Shown here piece after piece: positions 19,719 through 30,077 of a stretch of DNA of 64,000 bases. A model generated the notes under the pieces. The model did not search any database and had not been told where the DNA came from. It worked only from the letters and a program-made list of their open reading frames with translations. Each line of letters starts with the position of its first letter. Within the stretch, counting starts at the first letter, position 1. Origin of the DNA: a bacterium (GTDB taxonomy: Bacteria > Zhuqueibacterota > QNDG01 > JAGLOF01); the NCBI GenBank assembly GCA_023139105.1, contig JAGLOF010000023.1:2446-66445 (forward strand). Reading direction: 5' to 3'. The position numbers and the translations under genes were made by a program.

Positions 19719-20970
19719 GAAACCGCTCCCAAAAATCTATTAAGTCAATACCGTCAATATCACCACTAACTGCAATACATGATTTTTTTCCAGACGGCCA
19801 GTTTGCCAATTTTAAAATTTTTTCAGATGAATTTTTGACAATTTCATCAAGAAGTTCAGATGTAATTTTTGAAACATTCTCAGGTAACTGTACAGCAGCA
19901 TCATTCAAATTAGTATCAAGGATATAGGAATAACCGCTATTTTTTATAGTAGAAAGCCACTGCTCTTTTTGATTTGCATTAACAGCAATAGCAGGCATGT
20001 AGTTAGCGGTCCATTTATGTGACAAATCAGAAACGATCCTCTCACCTGCCTGCCATACTTCCAAATTACATGGTTTGTCGCTCATATTTGCCAATTCCCA
20101 ATTCTGAGCAGCATTTTCAAATTTAAACCGAAACTCTGATCGCTTCTTCCACCAAGAAGAAATTTCGTTAAGTGAGGCCATCCAAATTGTACCTCGATTC
20201 ATTGCCTCTTTTAGAATATTTTCCAGGGCAGTTTTGAAATAAACAAAGCGTTCCGGATGCAATTGGAGTATAAAAAGTGATTCTTTTTTATAGTGTTCCT
20301 CAAGCATTTGATATAGAATATTTGTAATAGCACTATTATCTTTTAATTCTAATCTTTCAATTAAGATGTCATCATCTGGTACAGATACCGGAAGATGAAT
20401 GAAATTATCATTAATTTCAGGCAGACATTTTGTGTTACAAAATTTTGTAGCTTCATATGTGTTTAATATATTTTGATAATTGTCCCAAATTTTTGAATTA
20501 AATTGTTCTTGTTTTACACCGGTCCAAACAATTGCGTTACTACTATCCCAGCTATATCCAGTACATTTTAGTACTTCAACGATGTGTGCATTACTTCTCA
20601 AATATGGATATCTAAATCCGCAAGTATTAATACCATGCAAATTGAAAATATCTATTGCTTTTTGTGCATGCTGCATAACATCTCTATCCGGTAATTGAGT
20701 GTAATCAATATGCTTCAAACCATGAACAGCAAATTCTACGCCTAAATCTTGGGCTTCCTTAAAAATTTCAGGATGCCGTTTGACAACGGATGCAGTTACA
20801 GGAAAAGTTGGGTGTATTTTATATTTCAGACATAATTCTATCATCTCAAATAAATTAGTGCAATATCTATTCGGCTTGAAACCATATCGCTGAAATATAG
20901 ATCTCACCCGCAAAAACACCCGATCAAATGATCGGGTGCGTATGCGTTTTACAATCTGTTGTATTCGCAT
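19708..20970 (-). CDS. NodB/CE4-like polysaccharide deacetylase homologue with a long C-terminal extension
   Basis: AVHGLKHID (His-x-x-x-His) and FRYPYL (R-x-P-Y) are present. The first motif reads TFPVTA instead of TFDD. Confidence 0.55.
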   Translation of the reverse strand: MRIQQIVKRIRTRSFDRVFLRVRSIFQRYGFKPNRYCTNLFEMIELCLKYKIHPTFPVTASVVKRHPEIFKEAQDLGVEFAVHGLKHIDYTQLPDRDVMQHAQKAIDIFNLHGINTCGFRYPYLRSNAHIVEVLKCTGYSWDSSNAIVWTGVKQEQFNSKIWDNYQNILNTYEATKFCNTKCLPEINDNFIHLPVSVPDDDILIERLELKDNSAITNILYQMLEEHYKKESLFILQLHPERFVYFKTALENILKEAMNRGTIWMASLNEISSWWKKRSEFRFKFENAAQNWELANMSDKPCNLEVWQAGERIVSDLSHKWTANYMPAIAVNANQKEQWLSTIKNSGYSYILDTNLNDAAVQLPENVSKITSELLDEIVKNSSEKILKLANWPSGKKSCIAVSGDIDGIDLIDFWERFRGN

Positions 20971-20981
20971 AAAATTTCCAG

Positions 20982-21986
20982 TTATTGTCCGTGATGTGAA
21001 AGAGCCGTTTCTTCAACAGTATATGTTTCGGTTTTTCTATGCCCATTCATCGACTGAAGCCATTCATAAGTTAATTTCAGGCCCTTGCGTAGATTGATTG
21101 ATGGTGACCACCTGAGTACTCGTCTTATTTTTTCTATATTAAGTACTCTTCTACGTATATTGTCAATATCTCTTTTATCTACATAGACCGGGCCAATTGA
21201 TGAACCTGCAAGCTCGGCAATATATGTTGCCAATTCATTTACACTTGTTTCTATTCCGGAAGCAACATTAAATACTTCCCCAACTGCTTTTGGGCTTAAG
21301 GCTGCAAGCAGGGTAGCCTCTACAGCATCAGTAACAAATGTAAAATCTCTGGTCTGTTCTCCATCTCCATGAACATATGGTGCATAGCCATCCATTGCTC
21401 TATCAAAGAATTTTGAAACAACACCACAGTAAGGATTTGTAGGTGACTGATTAATGCCATAGACATTTGAGTACCTTACCATACTTACTTCTACACCGTA
21501 AGACTCATAAAATGCAGAGCAGAAGTTCTCAGCCGACATCTTACTGGCTGCATAAGGACTAAGTGTACTTACCCGATCATCTTCATTAATAGGCAAATAG
21601 CGTGGATTTCCATAAACTGATGCTGAAGAAGAGTATACAATTCTCTCAATTCCGTGATTTCTTGCAGCTTGTAATATGTTAAACATGCCGCCGGTATTTA
21701 CTTGAAAATCCAATTGAGGTGAAAGAGTTGAGACAATTATATTCCGCACAGCCAGGTTGAATACCATATCAGAACGGCGTATCAGTCTCTCAATAAGATC
21801 ATAATCCGTTACAGTCCCCTCAATAAATTCAATATCTTTCAGAACGGCAATATTCTCTTTTTTACCTGTAAACAAATCATCAAGCACTGTTACATTGGCC
21901 CCATCTTTTACCAGGGCTGTAACCAAATTTGAACCCACAAAACCAGCTCCCCCTGTTACAAGCACTTTTTTATTCTTGAATCTCAT
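20982..21986 (-). CDS. NAD-dependent nucleotide-sugar epimerase/dehydratase (extended SDR)
   Basis: KVLVTGGAGFVGSNLV (Rossmann motif) and YAASKMSAE (Y-x3-K). Confidence 0.9.
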   Translation of the reverse strand: MRFKNKKVLVTGGAGFVGSNLVTALVKDGANVTVLDDLFTGKKENIAVLKDIEFIEGTVTDYDLIERLIRRSDMVFNLAVRNIIVSTLSPQLDFQVNTGGMFNILQAARNHGIERIVYSSSASVYGNPRYLPINEDDRVSTLSPYAASKMSAENFCSAFYESYGVEVSMVRYSNVYGINQSPTNPYCGVVSKFFDRAMDGYAPYVHGDGEQTRDFTFVTDAVEATLLAALSPKAVGEVFNVASGIETSVNELATYIAELAGSSIGPVYVDKRDIDNIRRRVLNIEKIRRVLRWSPSINLRKGLKLTYEWLQSMNGHRKTETYTVEETALSHHGQ

Positions 21987-22007
21987 GTGCTACCTCCAAT
22001 ACGATCT

Positions 22008-22772
22008 TTATTTAGCATCGCGATTAAAAAAAATAAATGGAATCGTTTTAAACAAAATTTTCATATCAAACCATAGTGTCCAATGGTCTACATACCATAA
22101 ATCGAATTTAATTGCTTCTTCATAGTTCTTGGGAGTTAATCTTAAATTAATTTTTGACCAACCTGTTAAACCCGGTTTCACCTGATGACGACGATGGTAC
22201 CAATCTTTGTATTCACTTACTTCATATGTAGGATGTGGTCGTGGTCCAACAAGGCTCATTTCACCTTTAAAAATATTCCAAAATTGTGGTAATTCATCAA
22301 GGCTGGTCTCTCTAAGTAATTTTCCAATTTTTGTTACTTTACCATGGACAAAATCGGTGTACTCTTTGAGTAATCTGTCTCTTTCTTCCGGAGTTGGATC
22401 TCCGTCTTGTAGAAGTTGTTTTATGTATGCTTTATGATCTTCTGCGGAATCATAGTGATGCATAGTCCTGAATTTAAATATTTCAAATTCATTTCCAAGT
22501 TCACGTATTCTTTTTTGTTTAAAAAAGACAGGTCCCTTGGAGTTACTTTTAATTATCACTGCAATCAAGACCCAGAGAGGAAGAGAAATTAATAATGCAG
22601 CACTGGCTCCCATAATATCTATAAATCTTTTTGATTGTAATTGCCAATAGAGGGATTTCTCATCCCCAACAATAAGAACAGAACTATTGTCAATTGCCAG
22701 GGTCGAATACTCTGAATTAATATGTGATTTGATTGTAGTTTTCATCATCATATCCAATAATTCTTTAGGCAA
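22008..22772 (-). CDS. Initiating phosphoglycosyl transferase (bacterial sugar transferase family, small WbaP/EpsL-like)
   Basis: KRFIDIMGASAALLISLPLWVLIAVIIKSNSKGPVFFKQKR, FKFRTM and SLDELPQFWNIFKGEMSLVGPRPHP. Confidence 0.9.
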   Translation of the reverse strand: MPKELLDMMMKTTIKSHINSEYSTLAIDNSSVLIVGDEKSLYWQLQSKRFIDIMGASAALLISLPLWVLIAVIIKSNSKGPVFFKQKRIRELGNEFEIFKFRTMHHYDSAEDHKAYIKQLLQDGDPTPEERDRLLKEYTDFVHGKVTKIGKLLRETSLDELPQFWNIFKGEMSLVGPRPHPTYEVSEYKDWYHRRHQVKPGLTGWSKINLRLTPKNYEEAIKFDLWYVDHWTLWFDMKILFKTIPFIFFNRDAK

Positions 22773-23451
22773 ACCTATACCCTAAACCATGTATGGTTTG
22801 GATATATTTAAGAGCACCTTGATATTCACCTAATTTTTCTCTCAGGCGTTTAACATGTACATCAACAGTGCGGTCAGTAACATAAGCGTGTTCACCCCAT
22901 ACCTTTTGAAGAATCTCATCGCGAGTAAAAACATATTCACGTTTTGAGGCAAGTAGATAGAGAAGTTTAAATTGTGTGTAAGTCAGATCAATCAGAGATC
23001 CATCTTTTCTGACTTCATGAGAATCAAGATTTATTTCAATATCATGTATCTGTAGTGTACGTGGTTCACAATAAACTAAATCAATTCGCCTTAGAAGGGC
23101 ATTTGCCTTTGCAACCAATTCTGCAATATCTACCGGTTTACCAAGGCAATCATCGGCTCCTTCTTCGAGAGCCTTTATCCGAATACGACTATCATCACAA
23201 TTGGCAATATATATTAGCCCGGTACGGTGACATTCTTCTTTTATCATATTTGATATTCTTTTCATACCGGTATTTACATGATCAATATCAGCAATTAATA
23301 AGTGTATATCTAATCCATGAAGACCACGTAAAGCTGCATCTATATCTTCAGTGCTAAAAACATCAAAATTCTCATTCTCAAAAATTTTTATGAAATGAAT
23401 GGATGTTTCCGATTCATTCATCAGTAACATCATTTTTTTCTTTTCCATCAC
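22765..23451 (-). CDS. OmpR/PhoB-type response regulator (winged helix) with an atypical receiver; first gene of the EPS operon
   Basis: The C-terminus LTYTQFKLLYLLASKREYVFTRDEILQKVWGEHAYVTDRTVDVHVKRLREKLG...GLGYRF is an OmpR-type output domain. The receiver keeps the Asp (LLIADID) and Lys (LGKP), but the acidic pair reads NE and the Thr/Ser position reads Ala. Confidence 0.85.
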   Translation of the reverse strand: MMEKKKMMLLMNESETSIHFIKIFENENFDVFSTEDIDAALRGLHGLDIHLLIADIDHVNTGMKRISNMIKEECHRTGLIYIANCDDSRIRIKALEEGADDCLGKPVDIAELVAKANALLRRIDLVYCEPRTLQIHDIEINLDSHEVRKDGSLIDLTYTQFKLLYLLASKREYVFTRDEILQKVWGEHAYVTDRTVDVHVKRLREKLGEYQGALKYIQTIHGLGYRFA

Positions 23452-23779
23452 CTATGACTCCTGCTATCTGTGAGTTTTTATCTACTCACTCTTTAAGCAA
23501 TGGATGTACCAAACAAAATAAATATGTTATAACTTATTGTAAATTTAAAAGTTAGATGATGTGCAGTTTCCAGTAAGATTGCGAATAGAGGCAATTTTTT
23601 CCTAAAAGCGATGGCAGTTATTGCAGTAATGTCACAATTAAGACAATAAAGTTAAATTTACAAATAAAGATCAATCCTGACTCTAAATGTAGTTAATCTC
23701 ATGATCTCAGGTAATGTAAATTACTATTTACAATACCTGAAGATCAATAATACCAACAAAATCTAAATCTTAAAATATA

Positions 23780-24598
23780 TTAAACGAATCTCAGTAGTAA
23801 GTAGATATATGTAAGAGGTGCAACTAAAAGTGGGCTGTCAAAGCGGTCGAGAATGCCTCCATGACCGGGTAGAAGTTTCGAACTATCTTTAACTCCAGCA
23901 TCTCTTTTAAACATTGATTCTACTAAATCTCCTAATTGTCCAACAACTCCGACAATAATTCCAATTACAATCCCATCTACCAGTAGTAATTGCGGGATAA
24001 ATAATTTTTGAATTATTACGGAAGAAATGATTCCGAAAACAAATCCGGCGGTTGCTCCTTCCCATGTTTTATTAGGAGAGATTCTTTTAAATAATGGATT
24101 TTTGCCTATCCATGATCCAAAGCCATAAGCAGCAGTATCACATATCCATATTGAAATAAAAATTAGAATAATCAGCCATGCACCTGTAGAGTAATCTAAA
24201 ACAGTATTAATTGGAAGTTGCCTTATCAAAAATAATGAGAAAAACAGCCCTGTATACAGTAACCCTGCTATAGTAATCATGGAATTCATAATTGGATTAA
24301 CTTTGTTTCTGAAAAGTTCTATTATAGGTACAATTAGTGTAAATAATAGCAAAAAGACAAGAATATCAATGTTGAAATATAGTGAAACACCAAATAGAAT
24401 CGTAAAGCTAATCCCGAGTATTTTGTTGGGTTTGGATGACTTACGTTCAGCAATTTCATAAAATTCTTTTAGCATCATACTGGCAACAACAATCAAAAAT
24501 GCTAAGAAATAAAAATCACCCAAAAATATTAAAAAAAATATGAAAGGAATAGCAATAATGGCTACAAAAAGTCGTTTACCCAATTCAGAAATCTGCAT
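23780..24598 (-). CDS. cdsA: Phosphatidate cytidylyltransferase
   Basis: SPNKTWEGATAGFVFG and KRDAGVKDSSKLLPGHGGILDRFDS signatures in a multi-pass membrane protein. Confidence 0.9.
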   Translation of the reverse strand: MQISELGKRLFVAIIAIPFIFFLIFLGDFYFLAFLIVVASMMLKEFYEIAERKSSKPNKILGISFTILFGVSLYFNIDILVFLLLFTLIVPIIELFRNKVNPIMNSMITIAGLLYTGLFFSLFLIRQLPINTVLDYSTGAWLIILIFISIWICDTAAYGFGSWIGKNPLFKRISPNKTWEGATAGFVFGIISSVIIQKLFIPQLLLVDGIVIGIIVGVVGQLGDLVESMFKRDAGVKDSSKLLPGHGGILDRFDSPLLVAPLTYIYLLLRFV

Positions 24599-24606
24599 GC
24601 GGCCCC

Positions 24607-26769
24607 TTAGTTATTATCTTGAATTAATTGAAACATTATTGAATTAACAGATGATTTGCCGATGTGATTATCATTTAAAGTCAACTTTAACTCGACATCA
24701 CCCGCCTTTAATTTACCCAAATCCAAAGAAAGATACTCTACTATATTTACATTTGTTCCCTTTCTATGAAAAGAACTGGATATCTCACCTTTTGAAGCCC
24801 CTTTAAAAAGACGACCAATCGCACCAAAAGTACTGGAGAGAATGCCTCTTTTGGTTTTTAACATTTTAAGAGTATAAGTTAATGTGTAGTCATTTTGGCC
24901 AAGTGCATCTAATGTAAGGTCATAGCCCTCAAAATAGATATAGATTGGTTTTTTATTATTAATAATACGATAAGGATAAGGAATAACTTGAAGATTATTT
25001 TTACAAAATATAGACCCATTTTCAAGAGGTTCAATCTTACTGGAGAGTTGAATATCACTAAGATTTAACTTATTTCCATTGTGCTTATCTATTATCAGTG
25101 GATTAGAATAGCTCTGTTGCTCATCCCCATTAGAATTCTTAAGATGTACAGCAAAACGATATTGACCAGGTGTTAATACAAAATCTTCCTGATGTAATAA
25201 ATGACGTGTCTTCAATTCTTCAAGCGAGTTACCGGCAACAGGTATACTTCCCATACGATTAATTATTGTATTGTAACTACTGTCCTGGATAATCATATTA
25301 TAGGTAATAATAGTGCCAACACTTTTATCTGGCAATTGAGAGCATGTAATTTGATTGAGAGGTATGGCAAAATAGAACTCTACACGCGTTTTTGTATCTT
25401 CATCATTAAAACGGGCTGCACTATAATAGAATTCTATTCTTTTACCAGGTAATTCATACCTGAAATTTTCTGATGGTGCCTTCATCTGGGCTTCATACCT
25501 TTTCGATTGAAAATCAAGTAATCCATTGGCATGTGCCATTACATTCATATATGAATCTGATAAAGCCATACGTTCTGCATACAATTGCATGGCCAGGGCT
25601 CTAGCTTCAGCAGGTGAAAACCGGGCAGGCGCAGCATCCTGTAGGGTAATTACTTCTCTGAAGACATTGCCTCGACTGACGAAATCAAAAGTTAATCCTG
25701 GCTCAATAGTTCTTTCATAGGTCCAAGATTCATTATGACGTACACCCTCTGGCAATTGAGAATTGGATCGGGAAACATATTTATCATCAGGTTCACCATA
25801 TTTAACATATATCTTGCCCCTATCATCAAAATAGGGAGGGATAATATCTCTATATATAACCAACGCCTGCTTTACACGTTTATAATGTACTTCATATCTC
25901 TCATTTTTTAAAGTAGTTGGTGTCGGGTCTTTGCTTTTCCAAAATTTCCAGAAGAACCTTCCTTTTTCTTCTAATGGTAAAACCTTATAGAGTTTTTTAT
26001 CATTTTTTGATAATAAGATTTTGATCTGAGCATATAAATCTTCAAGTATTTCCGGGTCTTTAAGACGTTTTATTCCATTATAAAAATATTCAATCGCTCT
26101 TTCAGGTTTATTATATTCAATACAAATATCAGAAAGCCTTATCATGGATTTTGCAATAAATCTATCTTTTGCAATAACACCTTCCAAAATTTCGATTGCT
26201 TTTTCCCATTGGCAAAGATGCTGATATGAGACACCGAGTACATAATCAGTATCTTTGTAATTAACATTTCTCTTTAGTACTTCCTGGCAAGACGCTATGG
26301 CCTTTCTGTAATTTGAGTCCCCACCTTTTGCCAGATTGTTCAAAGCACTCCAGTAATATGCATCAATATATTCACTATCCAGTTTTAATGCTTTCTTAAA
26401 TTCACCTGAAGCTCTGGAAAAATTGTCAAGATGAAATAGCTTTTTAATTGCTTCAACCGGAATAAACGCACTCGTACCTTTTCCCAATAAAGAACGGCCT
26501 CTTCCTGTATATGCACGAGGAATTTCTTTTACATTTTTAAGATAGAATTTAAATGCATTGTCGGCCTTATTCCATTGTTCATTTTCCAAATAAAGTTCAC
26601 CTAATTCTATATAAAGTGAATCTTCTCCATTTGAAATTCTGCGCTTGCATTTTTCTATCTTTAATTTGTTTTCATTATTCTGAGCATGTAAAAGATTAAT
26701 GCCGGATAATGGCATAATAAATAAAATAATTGTTAAACTGATAACGTTTAAATGTTTCAAATACCGCAT
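24607..26769 (-). CDS. Secreted TPR-repeat protein with a GWxTD-type domain
   Basis: Signal peptide (IILFIMPLSGINLLHA), TPR-like N-terminal third, then FWKFWKSKDPTPTT..NERYEVHYKRV and YFDDRGKIYVKYGEPDD, which match the GWxTD pattern. Confidence 0.6.
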   Translation of the reverse strand: MRYLKHLNVISLTIILFIMPLSGINLLHAQNNENKLKIEKCKRRISNGEDSLYIELGELYLENEQWNKADNAFKFYLKNVKEIPRAYTGRGRSLLGKGTSAFIPVEAIKKLFHLDNFSRASGEFKKALKLDSEYIDAYYWSALNNLAKGGDSNYRKAIASCQEVLKRNVNYKDTDYVLGVSYQHLCQWEKAIEILEGVIAKDRFIAKSMIRLSDICIEYNKPERAIEYFYNGIKRLKDPEILEDLYAQIKILLSKNDKKLYKVLPLEEKGRFFWKFWKSKDPTPTTLKNERYEVHYKRVKQALVIYRDIIPPYFDDRGKIYVKYGEPDDKYVSRSNSQLPEGVRHNESWTYERTIEPGLTFDFVSRGNVFREVITLQDAAPARFSPAEARALAMQLYAERMALSDSYMNVMAHANGLLDFQSKRYEAQMKAPSENFRYELPGKRIEFYYSAARFNDEDTKTRVEFYFAIPLNQITCSQLPDKSVGTIITYNMIIQDSSYNTIINRMGSIPVAGNSLEELKTRHLLHQEDFVLTPGQYRFAVHLKNSNGDEQQSYSNPLIIDKHNGNKLNLSDIQLSSKIEPLENGSIFCKNNLQVIPYPYRIINNKKPIYIYFEGYDLTLDALGQNDYTLTYTLKMLKTKRGILSSTFGAIGRLFKGASKGEISSSFHRKGTNVNIVEYLSLDLGKLKAGDVELKLTLNDNHIGKSSVNSIMFQLIQDNN

Positions 26770-26846
26770 TTTATCCTCCAGGGTTTATTTGTAAAGATCA
26801 CTTTTATATACGCGGTATTAAGTTAAATCCCTATCAAACAATATTT

Positions 26847-27422
26847 TTATAGTAATACGCCAAAATAAATAGAGGCTGTTTTATCTTTTATATCAATATT
26901 ATCTATTTTGGAAATTGATGATAAACCAAAATGATAACGTCCTTCTAAAAATGCACCTTTACCTAATAACTCAAATTCAATGCCAACACCTACTACGGCA
27001 GCCATAGCTGTTTTTTCAACCTTGGTTTTGACACCATCTATTTTAATATCTCCGGATATATGATAATTCCACTCTGGACCTACCATAATATATGGATGAA
27101 TCAACATAGGTAGAAAACGTTTTTTTATTAGTACCGGAATGGAAATGTAGTTCAATTTGATCTCATCACCATTCTCCAGTACCGTACCTTTTGATTGATA
27201 TAATAAATCGGCTTGAACAGCAAACACCAAAAATCCCAGTTCAAGGGAAAGACCACCAGAATTTGCCTTTAGTTTATCTATATTTTTAAAGTCATCACCG
27301 GTAAATTTTGATTGTGTTCTTCCCAGTTTGAAACCGGTTCTTATTCCAATTTGCGATATGGCCGTTTGAGTATAAACAAGCAGGGCAATAACGATAAATA
27401 GATATTTCATAGAGCGGTTCAT
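26847..27422 (-). CDS. Outer-membrane beta-barrel protein (small porin-like)
   Basis: Start moved to ATG 27422, which is preceded by GAGGAG and gives MNRSMKYLFIVIALLVYTQTAISQ as a signal peptide. The track's longer start would overlap the clpC terminator. Alternating beta-strand pattern, ending ASIYFGVLL. Confidence 0.6.
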   Translation of the reverse strand: MNRSMKYLFIVIALLVYTQTAISQIGIRTGFKLGRTQSKFTGDDFKNIDKLKANSGGLSLELGFLVFAVQADLLYQSKGTVLENGDEIKLNYISIPVLIKKRFLPMLIHPYIMVGPEWNYHISGDIKIDGVKTKVEKTAMAAVVGVGIEFELLGKGAFLEGRYHFGLSSISKIDNIDIKDKTASIYFGVLL

Positions 27423-27510
27423 TTTTAGCTCCTCAAATATGTTATGAATTGAATGGTTTCTTGATAAATTAGTGATCAGATATTGACAAATCAAGCTAAA
27501 AGTTAACAAA

Positions 27511-27543
27511 ATAAAAAACCGAGTTGATCTGTATCAACTCGGT
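27511..27543 (-). terminator. Rho-independent terminator after clpC
   Basis: Perfect 11-bp stem ACCGAGTTGAT/ATCAACTCGGT (27518-27528 / 27533-27543) with a 4-nt loop, followed on the minus strand by TTTTTTATTTT. Confidence 0.85.
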
Positions 27544-27567
27544 TTAAAAGATTAACTTACAGTTAAT

Positions 27568-30042
27568 TTATTCAGATTTCAATTTCTCAACTGGTTTGTC
27601 AATGATTGGAGTATTCACCGGTTTTCTATTTTCTACAAACTCCAATTCATCTTTTTTCAGTCTAACTTGTATGCGGCTTCCGTCACCAAAACGATCTTTC
27701 AATATCTCTTCTGCAATTGGATCTTCAATATATTTTCTGATAGTTCGTTTTATTTGCCTGGCACCGAAATGTGGGTCATAGCCCTTTTCCGCAAGAAATG
27801 TTTTGGCTTGTTTTGTTAGAGTTATATGAATATCACGATCGGAAAGTCCTTCGACCAAATCATCCAAAGCAATATCAATGACATCTTCCATATGTTCTTG
27901 AGATAAATTTTTAAACACAACAAGCTCATCAATGCGATTAATGAATTCTGGAGAAAATCGTTTTTTTGTCTCTTCCATAATTGAAGATTTCATCGCATCG
28001 TATTCTATCTGTGTATCATCCTGACCAAATCCAATTTGTGAATGGCTGAGAGTACGTGTACCTAAATTTGATGTCATGATCAAAATAGTGTTCTTAAAAT
28101 TAACTTTGCGTCCCAGGCCGTCAGTCAAGTGGCCTTCATCTAAAATTTGTAGAAGCAGATTAAAAGTATCAGGATGAGCTTTTTCAATTTCATCCAGTAA
28201 CACAACAGAATAGGGATTACGCCTGACCTTTTCGGTCAATTGTCCGCCTTCCTCATGCCCTACATAACCGGGAGGTGCTCCTGTCATTCTGCTTACGGCA
28301 AATTTTTCCATAAACTCAGACATATCAATTCGAATTAGGGAACTCTCATCTTCAAAGAGATATTTTGCAAGTAATCTTGCCAGATATGTTTTTCCGACTC
28401 CTGTGGGCCCGAGAAATACAAATGACCCAATAGGCCTTCTGGGATCTTTTAAACCTGCCCTGGTACGCCTTATGGCCTTGCATAATATATCTACAACATC
28501 ATCCTGGCCCACAATTCTTTTTTTCAGATCTTCTTCCATATTAAGCAGCTTTGCCGATTCTGATTTTGCTACGCGTGAAACAGGAACTCGTGTCATCATT
28601 GAAACAACTTCAGCAATGTCATCTTCAGTAACCATGGCAAGAATTTCACCTTCACCCTGCTCCCAGCGTTGTTTTGCCTCATGAAGTTCTGCTTGCAGTC
28701 GTTTCTCCCTATCACGTAAAACTGCTGCTTTTTCAAATTCTTGATTAAAAATAACAGATTCTTTCTCATTTTTAACGACTTCAAGTCGCTCTTCAAGAAT
28801 CGTAATTTCCCTTGGAACGGAAATATTTGCAAGATGAACCTTGGATCCAGCTTCATCAATAACATCAATAGCCTTATCGGGGAAAAATTTATCAGTAATG
28901 TATCTATCAGATAGAATGACAGCGGCTTTGAGAGCAGCATCCTCATATTTAATCCGATGATGTTTTTCATATCTATCTTTTAAACCATTAAGAATTTCCA
29001 AGGTGTATTCTACAGAAGACTGTTCAACAATGACTTTTTGAAATCGTCTTTCAAGTGCACCATCTTTTTCAATAAATTGACGATATTCATCCAGTGTAGT
29101 TGCACCGATACATTGAAGCTCGCCGCGTGACAACGCAGGTTTAAACATGTTTGATGCATCCAATGAACCGGATGCTCCCCCTGCACCAACAATTGTATGA
29201 AGTTCATCAATAAAGAGAATGATATTTTTAGATTTTATGAGTTCATTCATTATAGCTTTGAGGCGCTCTTCAAACTGTCCTCTGTATTTTGTCCCCGCTA
29301 CGATAGCACCCAAATCAAGTGTAACAACTCTTTTATTATGTAAAACTCGTGAAACTTTCTTTTCTATAATGCGCATTGCCAGTCCTTCGGCAATTGCGGT
29401 TTTACCAACACCTGGCTCACCAATCAATACAGGATTATTTTTTTTACGCCTTGAGAGAATTTGAGCCACTCTCTGGATCTCATCTTGTCGTCCAATAACA
29501 GGATCAAGCTCCCCTTTGGTAGCCATTTCTGTCAAGTCTCTGCCAAAGTGGTCAAGAGCGGGTGTTTGTGTTTTCTCTTTTGTCTCTTTCTTCTCTCCAC
29601 CATGCCCTCTTAATACTTGCTCCAACTCATTCTGAATAGACTCATATGTAATATGAAAACTATTCATGACCTGAGCGGCAACGCCCTCAATATCTTTCAA
29701 GAGTGCAAGGAGAAGATGCTCTGTACCTATAACATTTGATTTAAAACGTTCCGCCTGTGAAGCTGCAACGCGCAGAACTCGCTCAGCTCTCTTTGTAAAG
29801 GGTATATTGCCCATTGTAATAGTACCGCCGGTGGAACGAACAGCATCTTCAATAGATTTTTTCAGATTATCCAATTCAACATCTAAATTTTGAATTATCT
29901 CAATGGCAACTCCACCTCCTTCGCGCAATATACCCAGGAGAAGATGCTCTGTGCCAATATAGTCGTGCCCCAATCTAATGGCTTCTTCACGTGATAATTG
30001 AATCACAACTTGTACTCGTTGGGAAAAATTGTTACGGATCAT
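27568..30042 (-). CDS. clpC: ATP-dependent Clp protease ATP-binding subunit, ClpC type
   Basis: Duplicated Clp_N repeats, two AAA+ modules ([15 protein letters not shown]; [15 protein letters not shown]) and a UVR-like linker ([19 protein letters not shown]). Confidence 0.95.
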   Translation of the reverse strand: MIRNNFSQRVQVVIQLSREEAIRLGHDYIGTEHLLLGILREGGGVAIEIIQNLDVELDNLKKSIEDAVRSTGGTITMGNIPFTKRAERVLRVAASQAERFKSNVIGTEHLLLALLKDIEGVAAQVMNSFHITYESIQNELEQVLRGHGGEKKETKEKTQTPALDHFGRDLTEMATKGELDPVIGRQDEIQRVAQILSRRKKNNPVLIGEPGVGKTAIAEGLAMRIIEKKVSRVLHNKRVVTLDLGAIVAGTKYRGQFEERLKAIMNELIKSKNIILFIDELHTIVGAGGASGSLDASNMFKPALSRGELQCIGATTLDEYRQFIEKDGALERRFQKVIVEQSSVEYTLEILNGLKDRYEKHHRIKYEDAALKAAVILSDRYITDKFFPDKAIDVIDEAGSKVHLANISVPREITILEERLEVVKNEKESVIFNQEFEKAAVLRDREKRLQAELHEAKQRWEQGEGEILAMVTEDDIAEVVSMMTRVPVSRVAKSESAKLLNMEEDLKKRIVGQDDVVDILCKAIRRTRAGLKDPRRPIGSFVFLGPTGVGKTYLARLLAKYLFEDESSLIRIDMSEFMEKFAVSRMTGAPPGYVGHEEGGQLTEKVRRNPYSVVLLDEIEKAHPDTFNLLLQILDEGHLTDGLGRKVNFKNTILIMTSNLGTRTLSHSQIGFGQDDTQIEYDAMKSSIMEETKKRFSPEFINRIDELVVFKNLSQEHMEDVIDIALDDLVEGLSDRDIHITLTKQAKTFLAEKGYDPHFGARQIKRTIRKYIEDPIAEEILKDRFGDGSRIQVRLKKDELEFVENRKPVNTPIIDKPVEKLKSE

Positions 30043-30077
30043 GAAAATCTGTCCTTATTGTTAAAACAATTTCTGCT

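Noticed and set aside
23612-23625. TGGCAGTTATTGCA, a sigma-54-like element upstream of the EPS operon region
   Set aside because: It is on the plus strand, pointing away from the operon, and the GG-to-GC spacing is 8 nt rather than 10.
27423-27509. N-terminal 29-aa extension of the OMP ORF in the track
   Set aside because: The extension overlaps the clpC terminator hairpin and precedes a good GAGGAG RBS and signal peptide at 27422. The start was moved downstream.
28596-29210. Minus-strand alternative-frame ORFs (124 aa and 66 aa) inside clpC
   Set aside because: They are out of frame with the conserved ClpC sequence, with low-complexity Leu/Lys-rich translations.
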